This document shows, one piece after another, positions 1 through 10,111 of a DNA stretch of 41,213 nucleotides. Position numbers and translations under genes: made by a program. Position 1 is the first letter of the stretch, and each line of letters opens with the position of its first letter. The stretch comes from Candidatus Krumholzibacteriia bacterium (GTDB lineage: Bacteria > Krumholzibacteriota > Krumholzibacteriia > WVZY01 > JAKEHA01). Under the pieces are notes generated by a model. It saw only the letters and a list, made by a program, of their open reading frames with translations. It did not search any database and was not told the origin of the DNA. The stretch lies in the NCBI GenBank assembly GCA_025923935.1, contig JAICFA010000002.1, positions 1-41,213 on the forward strand. Reading direction: 5' to 3'.

Positions 1-1
1 G

Positions 2-181
2 CAGCGCGGCCTCTTGCTGCCGCAAGTCGCCACGCAGTGGGGATGGGACCGCGAGCGCTTCCTGGACGAAGTCTGTCTCAAGGCCGGCCTTGCACCCGGC
101 ACCTGGCGGGAGCCGGCAAGCGTCGTCCAGTCGTTTACCGCCGAAGTGTTCGCGGAAGGAAGCGCGGGCGAGCGAGGCTAA
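2..181 (+). CDS. AMMECR1-domain protein, C-terminal 59 codons only (5' end outside the window)
   Basis: Not in the ORF track because there is no start in the window. Frame 2 reads QRGLLLPQVATQWGWDRERFLDEVCLKAGLAPGTWREPASVVQSFTAEVFAEGSAGERG, then TAA at 179-181. The GLLLPQVA..GWD...FL...C.KAGL pattern matches my recollection of AMMECR1 C-termini. It overlaps the convergent spoVR stop by 4 nt. Confidence 0.55.
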   Translation, partial: QRGLLLPQVATQWGWDRERFLDEVCLKAGLAPGTWREPASVVQSFTAEVFAEGSAGERG

Positions 182-1680
182 GCGGCGTCGGCCGCCGACA
201 GCGCGCGCTCGCGATGAGTAGTACCGTCGTAGGTGAGCACCACGGTGGCGTCACCCACCTGGGTCTGCACGTGCACCGGACGCGTCCACGCCGAGTAGAG
301 CGCTTCCATGGTTGCCTTGGCGTAGTCGGAGCGTAGCTCGACCCCGTCGAAGCGGTGCTTGAGATACAGCTCGCTGCGATTTTCGAAGTTGGCGTCGACC
401 ACGGTAATGAACGGGTGGCCCAGGTTGGTGAGCTGAAACAGCAGCTTCTCCTTCACCGCGCGAAAATCGCGGTCGGCGATCTCATAACGGCCGTTACGTT
501 CGTTGAGCGAGTATGTGAACAGCTTGTGCTCGCGGCAGAATTCCTCGGTCAGGAACTCGTCGATGAACGTCATGTCGTTGTAAATCGCCCGCACCTGGAA
601 GATCTTTTCGCGCCCCTCGTTGGTGTCGCGCTTCCACGCCGCCTTGCGCGCGATGTCGTCGCACTCGTCGTACTCCTTGCCAAAACGCCCCGTGTTCCAG
701 CGGCGCTCGATGTCGTGGAAGAGCTCGTAGCCGAGCTTGTACGGGTTGAGCTGGCCGGGGTGCACCGCCAGCGTGGACGAGTGGTGGTCGGCGAAATCGA
801 CCAGTTCGCTGGCCCGTAGCGCCTTCTGCGTCATGATCTTCTCGTGCCAGTACGACGCCCACCCCTCGTTCATGATCTTGGTCTGGGCCTGCGGCGCGAA
901 ATAGTAGGCCTCTTCGCGCACCATGGAGAGAATGTCGCGCTTCCAGTTGGACAGCGGCCCGTGCTCGATCAAGAAGCCCAGTACGTCTTTCACCGGCCGC
1001 GCGGGAAACTGCTGCTGCGCGCGCGCCTCGTTCATGGCGTTGCGCTGCCGCTCCAAGTACTCGGGCGGGTTGATATAGGGATCCATGTACGACTTGCTCT
1101 TGAGACGCGCCACGTCGCGCAGCGGCACCGCGTCGTCGGTCATGCGCCGGTCCTCGCGGCGCTCGGCCGGCTCGAACAGCGCGTTGGGGTCGATCAGGTT
1201 CTCCAGCGACGAGCACACATCGATGAAGTCCTCGACCACGTCGCGACCGTACGTCGACATGTAGTCGGCCACGCGGTTGCCGTGGTTGGCCATCTCGTCC
1301 ATCATGCGGCGGTTGGTGTTCTTGAAGTAGGCGTTGTTCTTGAAGAAGTCGCAGTGCGCGTAGACGTGGGCGATGACCAGCTTCTGGTCCACCATTTGGT
1401 TCGAGTTCAAGAGATACGCGTAGCACGGGTTGTTGTTGATCACCATCTCGTAGATCTTGTGCAGCCCGTAGCCGTAGCTTTTCTGCATGTACTCGTATTG
1501 CATGCCGAAACGCCAATGCGGATAGCGCGTGGGAAAACCGCCGTACGAAGCGACCATGTTGATCCCTTCGTAGTCGAGCATTTCGAACACCACCGGGAAG
1601 AAATCCAACCCGTAGCGGCGCGCGTAGTCTTCGATCTCGCCGATGAGGGATGCCAGCTCGAGTTGCTCGGTGGTCGACAC
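178..1680 (-). CDS. spoVR: SpoVR/YcgB family protein
   Basis: ORF 178..1806 trimmed to the in-frame GTG at 1680, 1 nt after the yeaH stop. The 42 upstream codons are Arg/Ser-rich and overlap yeaH. Sequence STTEQLELASLIGEIEDYARRYGLDFFPVVFEMLDY and the HVYAHCDFFKNN motif are typical of SpoVR. It is the third gene of the prkA triad. Confidence 0.9.
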   Translation of the reverse strand: MSTTEQLELASLIGEIEDYARRYGLDFFPVVFEMLDYEGINMVASYGGFPTRYPHWRFGMQYEYMQKSYGYGLHKIYEMVINNNPCYAYLLNSNQMVDQKLVIAHVYAHCDFFKNNAYFKNTNRRMMDEMANHGNRVADYMSTYGRDVVEDFIDVCSSLENLIDPNALFEPAERREDRRMTDDAVPLRDVARLKSKSYMDPYINPPEYLERQRNAMNEARAQQQFPARPVKDVLGFLIEHGPLSNWKRDILSMVREEAYYFAPQAQTKIMNEGWASYWHEKIMTQKALRASELVDFADHHSSTLAVHPGQLNPYKLGYELFHDIERRWNTGRFGKEYDECDDIARKAAWKRDTNEGREKIFQVRAIYNDMTFIDEFLTEEFCREHKLFTYSLNERNGRYEIADRDFRAVKEKLLFQLTNLGHPFITVVDANFENRSELYLKHRFDGVELRSDYAKATMEALYSAWTRPVHVQTQVGDATVVLTYDGTTHRERALSAADAA

Positions 1681-1681
1681 G

Positions 1682-2785
1682 TTAGCGCCCCTTCCCCAGA
1701 AATTTCTTGATGGAATCGTAGATCTCTTCGCGGCTGTTGATCTCCGCCAAGACGACGTTTTCGGACGCCTTGAACGCGCCCGAAAGGTCGTTGATGAAGG
1801 CGCCACTCCCGTAAGGGCTGGCCACCTGCCCGTAGCAGAACAGGTTCGCCGCCGGCAGCAAGCGCTCGCTCATGATCTTCAAGCACACCTGCGTGTCGCC
1901 CCCACCCCAGTTGTCGCCGTCGGAAAAATGAAAGACGTAGACGTTGAACTCGCTTGGGGGGCACTCGCTCTCGATGAGGTCCGCCGCCAGCTGATAGGCG
2001 GAGGAGATGCGCGTGCCGCCGCTCTCGCGCGTATGAAAGAAGGTGTGCTCGTCCACCTCGCGCGCTTCGGCGTCGTGGACGATGAAGCGGGTGACAACAC
2101 CCTTGTACTGGTGGCGCAACCAGGTGTTGATCCAGAACGACTCGTTGCGCACCACGTCTTTCTGCTCATCGCCCATCGACCCGGATACGTCCATCAAATA
2201 GAAGATGACGGCATTGGTCTCGGGCGCGTGCACGGTGCGACGCGCGCGGTAGCGTTTGTCTTCCTTGATGGGAATAATGACCGGGTTCGCGACGTCGTAC
2301 GAACCGGAGGCAATTTGGCGCTTCAACGCTTCGCGGAAGGTGCGGCGGAAGTGGCGCAGCGATTCGGGCCCGTTCTTGTGGATGCCGGTGAAGCGCCCGT
2401 GCTCGGCTTCGATGATGTCCTTGGACTTGGGCCGGATGTTGGGGAGCTCGAGCTCTTCGGCCATGATGCGCGCGAGCTCGGCAATCGCCACTTCCACCTC
2501 GGCGATGTGCTCTCCGGGAGCGTCGCCCGCGGGGCCGTGGCCGTCGTTTTCGGCGCGGCCGATCGGGGTCCCGGGCTCGCCGTCGCCCTGTCCCACGCCG
2601 CCAAACTTACGCGTCTCGTGGCGGAAGGTCGGGATCTCGATTTGGCGGATCGGAATGGAGACGTAGCCGCGCCCCTGGCGGCCGACCAACTCGCCGGTCA
2701 CCATGAACTTGCGCAGCTCTTTCTTGACGATCCCCCGGACAACCTGACGGAAGCGATTCAGGTCGCGGTCGATGCGCTGCACCAT
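1682..2785 (-). CDS. yeaH: YeaH/DUF444 family protein (vWA-like)
   Basis: ORF 1682..2785 with ATG preceded by GGGAGGG. MIDAS-like motif [14 protein letters not shown] is present. It is the conserved partner between prkA and spoVR. Confidence 0.9.
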   Translation of the reverse strand: MVQRIDRDLNRFRQVVRGIVKKELRKFMVTGELVGRQGRGYVSIPIRQIEIPTFRHETRKFGGVGQGDGEPGTPIGRAENDGHGPAGDAPGEHIAEVEVAIAELARIMAEELELPNIRPKSKDIIEAEHGRFTGIHKNGPESLRHFRRTFREALKRQIASGSYDVANPVIIPIKEDKRYRARRTVHAPETNAVIFYLMDVSGSMGDEQKDVVRNESFWINTWLRHQYKGVVTRFIVHDAEAREVDEHTFFHTRESGGTRISSAYQLAADLIESECPPSEFNVYVFHFSDGDNWGGGDTQVCLKIMSERLLPAANLFCYGQVASPYGSGAFINDLSGAFKASENVVLAEINSREEIYDSIKKFLGKGR

Positions 2786-2804
2786 GCGCGCCCTCCCTGT
2801 CTCG

Positions 2805-4859
<2,055 letters not shown>

Positions 4860-5142
4860 GTATCCTCCTGCCTGGCGATAGCGGGGGCGTTAACCACTTT
4901 CTAATCGGGCAATATAGTGCCGTGTTTACAGGGACGCTAGCGCGGCGCGCGAGCGGCGACTGCCGACGGCGAAAAAGGGCAAGAAGCGTACCAAGGACTT
5001 CTCATGCTGCCTTGTCGTGCCTGCGCCGCAGCCGGGCGATACCCAACGGCGCGGGACTGGCGCCGCGCCCGCCGCTGCACCGGCGTCGCGGTGGTGGCGC
5101 ATCCCGAGCACCGCTATACTCTTCCGCGACCGTGGGCGCTAA

Positions 5143-5159
5143 CTGCCACGCCGTGGCAG
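5143..5159. promoter_or_regulatory. Perfect 17-bp inverted repeat CTGCCACG-C-CGTGGCAG upstream of the HIT gene (candidate operator or 5'-UTR hairpin)
   Basis: Read directly at 5143-5159, 38 nt upstream of the GTG at 5197. A TATACT hexamer lies at 5115-5120 without a convincing -35. Function unknown. Confidence 0.25.
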
Positions 5160-5196
5160 GCGTCGTGTTGGGGGCGTAATAGGAAGGAGCCAAACC

Positions 5197-5541
5197 GTGA
5201 AGGACTGCGTGTTCTGCCGAATCGTCGGCGGCGAGATACCTGCCAAGCGAGTCTTCGAAGATGACGCGACTGTCGCGTTTCGCGACGCGAACCCGGTCGC
5301 ACCGGCCCACGCGCTGGTGATCCCGCGCGCGCACATCGCGACACTGGACGAGGTACAGGACAGCGACCGCGAGCTCTTGGGACGCTTGCTCTTGTCGGCG
5401 CGAGCGGTCGCCGCCGAGCTGGGGCTATCGTCGACGGGCTACCGGCTGGTGATCAACACCCACGCGGGCGCGGGGCAATCCGTGTTTCACGTCCACGTCC
5501 ACGTGTTGGGCGGGCGCCCACTGGGCTGGCCGCCCGGTTAG
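5197..5541 (+). CDS. HIT (histidine triad) family protein
   Basis: ORF 5197..5541. GTG start lies 7 nt after AGGAAGGAG (5181-5189). Histidine-triad motif HVHVHVLGG and N-terminal CVFCRIVGGEIP are present. Confidence 0.85.
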   Translation: MKDCVFCRIVGGEIPAKRVFEDDATVAFRDANPVAPAHALVIPRAHIATLDEVQDSDRELLGRLLLSARAVAAELGLSSTGYRLVINTHAGAGQSVFHVHVHVLGGRPLGWPPG

Positions 5542-5918
5542 TTGGAAGTGGCGTCCCCTTCCAACGACGACGCCTCGAGTACCTCGTGGAAGTCGGCCAC
5601 TCCTTCGAAGTCGCTGCGCCGGTCGCTCTCTTGGCGCGAGAGGATGCCGGCCTCGATGAGCTGAAAGACGATCTCGCCCACGTCGTCGCTGGTGCGCATC
5701 CCCCATTTGGAGAGCACGGTGTACGCGAACAAGCCGAAGCGCTGGCGCGCGTTGGCGCAAACACCGTCCACCAGCTCCCCGGCCGAGACGTGGCGCCGCT
5801 GGCCAATGCGCCGCATGGTCACCTCGAGCGAATCCATCACGAAGGCGTAGGCGTCGGAAGCAAAGCGTCCGTCACCTTCGCGAATCCGATCCACCGCGCT
5901 CCAAAACTCCGCGCTCAC
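5538..5918 (-). CDS. Small conserved hypothetical protein (126 aa), possibly Minf_1886-type family
   Basis: ORF 5538..6164 trimmed to the in-frame GTG at 5918, which forms a GTGA overlap with the bshA stop (5915-5917). The 82 upstream codons are Arg-rich and lie inside bshA. Protein-like composition with high GC3. The sequence DAYAFVMDSLEVTMRRIG..RHVSAGELVDG..FGLFAYTVLSKWGMRTSDDVGEIVFQLIEAGILS recalls the uncharacterised Minf_1886 (TIGR04138) family. That identification is from memory and unverified. Confidence 0.6.
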   Translation of the reverse strand: MSAEFWSAVDRIREGDGRFASDAYAFVMDSLEVTMRRIGQRRHVSAGELVDGVCANARQRFGLFAYTVLSKWGMRTSDDVGEIVFQLIEAGILSRQESDRRSDFEGVADFHEVLEASSLEGDATSN

Positions 5919-7048
5919 GCGCTCACCAGCCGTTGATATGCGTCTACGTATCGCGCCACGACCTTGTCCCGGTTGAACTCCTGCTCGGCGCGCGCGCGCG
6001 CCGCTCTCCCAATCTTTAGGCGCAGGTCCTCGTCGCGCAAGAGGCCCAGCACGATGGCCGACATGCAGGCGACGTCGTTGGGATCGCACAGGTATCCGGT
6101 TTCTTCGTGAATGATCACTTCGGGAAGACCGCCGATGCGCGATCCCACCACCGGCACTCCGCACGCCATGGCTTCCAGCGCCGCCAGCCCGAAGCTCTCG
6201 TGCTGGCTGGGGAGCAGGAACACATCCGCCGCCGGGAGCAATTCGGCCACGAACTCCTGGTCGCCCAGAAAGTCGACCCGATCGATGATGCCCATGTCTT
6301 CCGCCTGCCGTTCGACCGACTCGCGCTCGGGGCCGTCGCCCACCAGCGCCAGGCGCGCCGGGATGTGCTTTTGCACGTCATTGAAAACCTGTAAGAGCAC
6401 CGGCAGGTTCTTGACCTTGCGAAAGTTGGAGATGTGCATCAGCACCTTCTCGCCGTTGGGCGACAAGCGGGTGCGGGCGGCACAGCTGGCCTTCGGGCGA
6501 AACAGCTCGGTGTCGACGAAGTTGTGAATCACCTCGATCGGGCGCTCGATGCGGAACTCGCGCACCGTCTCGCGGCGCAGAAACTCCGACACCGCCGTCA
6601 CCGCGTCGCTTTTCTCGATGCTGAAGCGCGTGATCTCGTAGTACGAGGGCATGATCCCCACCAGCGTGATGTCGGTCCCGTGCAGCGTCGTCATGGTCGG
6701 CAGCCGCTGCGGCTTGAGCATCTCCTTCGCCAGGAACGCCGACGCGGCGTGCGGGATGGCGTAGTGCACATGGACGAGGTCGAGGCGGTACTGCTCGGCG
6801 ACCTCGCGAATCTTGACGGCGAGGCTGAGCGAATACGGCGCGTACTGCTGGAACAGCGGGTACTCACCCGTGACCACCTTGTGCAGGTACACGCGCTCGT
6901 CGTAGCCGGACAGGCGCGAGGGATGGCCGGTGGTGATGAAGTGGATCTCGTTGCCCAGCTTGGCCAGCGCCTTGCCGAGCTCCGTCGCCACCACCCCGCT
7001 GCCCCCCAGCGTGGGGTAGCACACGATTCCGATCTTGAGTCGCGACAA
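5915..7048 (-). CDS. bshA: N-acetyl-alpha-D-glucosaminyl L-malate synthase (GT4), bacillithiol step 1
   Basis: ORF 5915..7048 with TTG start and GGAGG about 10 nt upstream. N-terminus LKIGIVCYPTLGGSGVVATELGKALAKLGNEIHFIT and C-terminal ESFGLAALEAMACGVPVV match the BshA pattern. Adjacent to bshB and bshC. Confidence 0.85.
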   Translation of the reverse strand: MSRLKIGIVCYPTLGGSGVVATELGKALAKLGNEIHFITTGHPSRLSGYDERVYLHKVVTGEYPLFQQYAPYSLSLAVKIREVAEQYRLDLVHVHYAIPHAASAFLAKEMLKPQRLPTMTTLHGTDITLVGIMPSYYEITRFSIEKSDAVTAVSEFLRRETVREFRIERPIEVIHNFVDTELFRPKASCAARTRLSPNGEKVLMHISNFRKVKNLPVLLQVFNDVQKHIPARLALVGDGPERESVERQAEDMGIIDRVDFLGDQEFVAELLPAADVFLLPSQHESFGLAALEAMACGVPVVGSRIGGLPEVIIHEETGYLCDPNDVACMSAIVLGLLRDEDLRLKIGRAARARAEQEFNRDKVVARYVDAYQRLVSA

Positions 7049-7053
7049 CGAGG

Positions 7054-7776
7054 TTACGCCTCCGGCTTGATAAGCGACGAGAAGTCGGTGAGGCCCAGCG
7101 GAGACACGAGCTCGAAGGCTTCTCCGAAGGTCGCACCGATGCGGCGGCCGGCGACACGGTCGCGCGCTTCGACCACCGAGAGAAAGCGCGGGTCGGTGAG
7201 TGGGGTGGCCAGGAGCTCCTTGCCGGTCCCCACTTGCGTGGCGTGCGCGCGGATGGCCTTGGTCTTGGTTTCGTACACGGTGGTGATGTCGACGACGAGA
7301 TCGGGGCGCACCTCCCGGCGTCCGGAGTAGAGGAGAGAACGCGCCACACCCCAGCGCGCCTGGCGCGCGCCTCCCTCTTCGGTCGCGTATCCGTCCACGT
7401 TCGCCATGAAGACCGCGTGCTGCGACAGGATGCCGCCGGCGGCATGGTCGGGGTGTTGATCGTTCGCGTTGGGAATGAGGACGACGTGCGGCCGCACCGA
7501 GCGAATGACGGTCACGATGGCGCGGCGTTGCTCCAAATCGTCGCTGCGAAGTCCGGCGTCGGGGAGTGCCGCGTTGACGCGGCGCGTCACACCCAGGATC
7601 CGGGCCGCCGCTTCCGCTTCGCGCGCGCGCGCCTCGGGAGTGCCGTTGGTGGACGACTCGCCCCGCGTCAGGTCCAGAATCACGACCTCGTCGCCGCGCG
7701 CGGCATGCACGGCGACCGTGCCTCCGCAGCTGATCTCCACGTCGTCGGGGTGAATGCCGATGGCGAGCACGCGCAT
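7054..7776 (-). CDS. bshB: LmbE/PIG-L family deacetylase, bacillithiol step 2
   Basis: ORF 7054..7794. Preferred ATG at 7776 (MRVLAIGIHPDDVEISCGG) lies 1 nt after the bshC stop. An alternative GTG is at 7794. HPDD.E and HPDH motifs are present. Confidence 0.8.
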   Translation of the reverse strand: MRVLAIGIHPDDVEISCGGTVAVHAARGDEVVILDLTRGESSTNGTPEARAREAEAAARILGVTRRVNAALPDAGLRSDDLEQRRAIVTVIRSVRPHVVLIPNANDQHPDHAAGGILSQHAVFMANVDGYATEEGGARQARWGVARSLLYSGRREVRPDLVVDITTVYETKTKAIRAHATQVGTGKELLATPLTDPRFLSVVEARDRVAGRRIGATFGEAFELVSPLGLTDFSSLIKPEA

Positions 7777-7777
7777 G

Positions 7778-9367
7778 TTACCGCGAATATACACGATGCA
7801 TTACCGTGCCGTCTAACGCGCTCGCGACGTGGGCGGCACTCTCTTCGTCCACCATCTGCCGGGCACGCGCGCCGTGGAAGGTGTACGGGACCAGCGCGGA
7901 CATGAATCTCTCCTGTGCCTCGCCGTCGCGCGCGAATAGCTGTGCCGCTTGAGCCAGCCACGGCCATTGCGACGCACCCGCCAACGCATCCTGCTCGACC
8001 GCGCCCTCGGCCACCACGCGCACGCGCTGCGCGACGTCGTCGACACGCCGCACGAGCTTCTCGGTAACGCGCTCGTCGAGGCGGGTGGTCGCGACTTTCA
8101 GGAAGGTGTCGGCTATCTCGCGGAATCGCTCCTGGAAAGACTTGGCGTGCTGCGCCACGTCGTCGCGCGTGAGTGCGTCCATGGTGCGGGTGACCCACGC
8201 CGGCGGGTCGGTGGCGAGCAAATCGGCGGACACACCACACCGCTCGACCGCGTCCTTCACCGCCGGCGGCGCAAAGGTCGCCGCCAAGCGCGGAAACACC
8301 ACCGGCGCGGCAATACCAAGAAGGTCGAACACGGGCGTGAGCTGGGCACGATAGGCAATCTCGGCCGGACCCAGGACCACCGCCGCCGGTTGCAGCACGG
8401 CGTCTTGCAAGAGCGTGCGCGCCACCACACCCGGGCTTATGGAAGCAATGTCGCGCTCGAAGGCCGCGCGCGCCGCGGCGCGCGCGTCTTGGGGAATCCT
8501 CCGTCGCACACCGTCGACGGTGAGGAACAACCCCGAGTCGCTCCCCATCTCGATCTGCGCGTGGTAGCCCTCCGCCACCAGCGCCTCGCTCTCGGCGCGC
8601 ACGCGCGCACGAATCTCGTCTTCGCGGTCGAAGAACTCGAGCAAGGTGGCACGGCCGGCTTCGCGCAAGTGCCTCTCGCGGGCGTCGATCACGAGCAGGT
8701 TGCCGTCCGTCATCGCCACCAACACGCGCGCCGCGATGCGGCCCAGGTCGCCTTCACGCATCCAGGTGCTGGCATCGGCCACGGTGTCCGAGCGAGCGAT
8801 GAAGGGAGCCACCGCGTCCCATGCGCGCGCCACCGCCGTCCCGTCAATGTCGCCCACCCGGCGGCCGGGCGCGTGCACCGAGGCATCGAGGCTCACCGAC
8901 ACCACCTCGAGCGAGGACGACATCAAATTGAGCTCGCGGATCTCGGCGAAGTCGTCGTCGTCGGAGCCCAGCCAGAAGATGGGAACGCACGGCACTCCCG
9001 CGCGCGCTTCCAGCTCGCGTGCGAGTGCCACGGCCGTGGCGGCTTTGTACAGCGAGAGCAACGGGCCTCCGGCCACACCAGGTTGTTGACCGGTAACCAC
9101 GACCCGTCCATCTCCCTTCGCCAAGCCGCGCGCGCGCTCGAGAAGCTCAGAACGTGCACCCAGTGCTTCATTCTGCGCCACCACGCGCTCGACGAGCGCC
9201 GCGTCGAGAAGCGGCGCGGATGCGAGGGCGCGCTGCCACGCTTCGGAGCCGAAACGAAAGCTCCCCAGACGGGCGTGCACCGGCGAATCCGCGCCATTCG
9301 CATAGTCGCGATAGAGCGTACTCGTGCCCGGCAGCAATTTGACGGGAACCGTCGCCAGTGCGGTCAC
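7778..9367 (-). CDS. bshC: Bacillithiol biosynthesis cysteine-adding enzyme
   Basis: ORF 7778..9367. GTG start forms a GTGA overlap with the upstream methyltransferase stop. 529 aa. The VVTGQQPGVAGGPLLSLYK motif and the size are typical of BshC/YllA. Confidence 0.85.
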   Translation of the reverse strand: MTALATVPVKLLPGTSTLYRDYANGADSPVHARLGSFRFGSEAWQRALASAPLLDAALVERVVAQNEALGARSELLERARGLAKGDGRVVVTGQQPGVAGGPLLSLYKAATAVALARELEARAGVPCVPIFWLGSDDDDFAEIRELNLMSSSLEVVSVSLDASVHAPGRRVGDIDGTAVARAWDAVAPFIARSDTVADASTWMREGDLGRIAARVLVAMTDGNLLVIDARERHLREAGRATLLEFFDREDEIRARVRAESEALVAEGYHAQIEMGSDSGLFLTVDGVRRRIPQDARAAARAAFERDIASISPGVVARTLLQDAVLQPAAVVLGPAEIAYRAQLTPVFDLLGIAAPVVFPRLAATFAPPAVKDAVERCGVSADLLATDPPAWVTRTMDALTRDDVAQHAKSFQERFREIADTFLKVATTRLDERVTEKLVRRVDDVAQRVRVVAEGAVEQDALAGASQWPWLAQAAQLFARDGEAQERFMSALVPYTFHGARARQMVDEESAAHVASALDGTVMHRVYSR

Positions 9368-10110
9368 GCGCTGCTCCTTGGTTTTTCACACAGCAACAGA
9401 ACGCGCGGCGAATGCCGCGCGTCAAAGGCGGCGAGATCATAGTCGCCATAAAGCGCCAGCGGCGATAACCCACTCGCTTCCGCCATCGCCACGAGCTCCT
9501 CGTGACGGTAGAGGCGGAGTCGTTCGCTGTAGTCGATGGGTTCTTTCCGCGCACCCGTGACCCGCACCCGCTTGCTGAGCACGCGCCCCTCGTCGGTAAT
9601 CTCGCGGTGTTCTTCGATGACAACGTCACCCTCGCGACGCACCGTGGGTTTGCCCATGGCCAGCTCGCGCTCGAGCACGGTCGCATTGAGAAAGTCCATC
9701 AGGAAGCGACCTCCGATCGCGAGTACCCGTGCAATCTCTTGCATGACGCGTACGTTGTCCAGGTCGGTCTCGAAATAGCCGAAGCTGGTGAACATGTTGA
9801 CCACCGCACCGGCACATTCGTCCCGAAACGGAAGCATGCGCATATCGCCGATGACCACACGGCCGCGCAGTGAGCGCGTCGCGACCGCATCCGCCAGCAG
9901 ATACGCCGAAAGATCGACACCGTACACGTCGCGGCCCGCCGTCTGGAACGCGCGCAGGTAGCGCCCGTTGCCACACGCGACATCCAACAGAGGCGTGCGC
10001 CCGTCGAGCAGAGGGATGAGGCTCGCCGCGACGCGCAGCGCTTCATCGTCGTCGCGGTGCGGGTAGACGAGCGGGTAAATCTCGCCGAAAGCGACCTTGT
10101 ACCACTCCAT
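9364..10110 (-). CDS. Class I SAM-dependent methyltransferase (candidate N-methyl-bacillithiol synthase)
   Basis: ORF 9364..10110 with ATG start. Motif I is LLDVACGNGRY, followed by VYGVDLS. 248 aa. The methyltransferase fold call is solid. The NmbA-like role is inferred only from the 4-nt overlap with bshC. Confidence 0.85.
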   Translation of the reverse strand: MEWYKVAFGEIYPLVYPHRDDDEALRVAASLIPLLDGRTPLLDVACGNGRYLRAFQTAGRDVYGVDLSAYLLADAVATRSLRGRVVIGDMRMLPFRDECAGAVVNMFTSFGYFETDLDNVRVMQEIARVLAIGGRFLMDFLNATVLERELAMGKPTVRREGDVVIEEHREITDEGRVLSKRVRVTGARKEPIDYSERLRLYRHEELVAMAEASGLSPLALYGDYDLAAFDARHSPRVLLLCEKPRSSA

Positions 10111-10111
10111 C

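Noticed and set aside
37-336. 99-aa plus-strand ORF at the left edge.
   Set aside because: It is Arg/Gly-rich and out of frame with the AMMECR1-like reading frame that ends at 181. It also overlaps the spoVR 3' end.
4909-4921. Sigma-54-like element upstream of prkA (minus strand GGCAC-TATAT-TGC, about 50 nt before the ATG). It was attractive because yeaG is nitrogen-regulated in enterics.
   Set aside because: The GG and GC dinucleotides are separated by 9 nt, not the invariant 10 nt, and the -12 T-T-G-C context is incomplete. It is worth an experimental check, but I cannot call it a promoter.
4922-5344. Several 60-110 aa ORFs on both strands inside the prkA/HIT intergenic region.
   Set aside because: All are Arg/Pro/Gly/Ala-rich with no SD and no protein-like composition. 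The region is better explained as a divergent control region.
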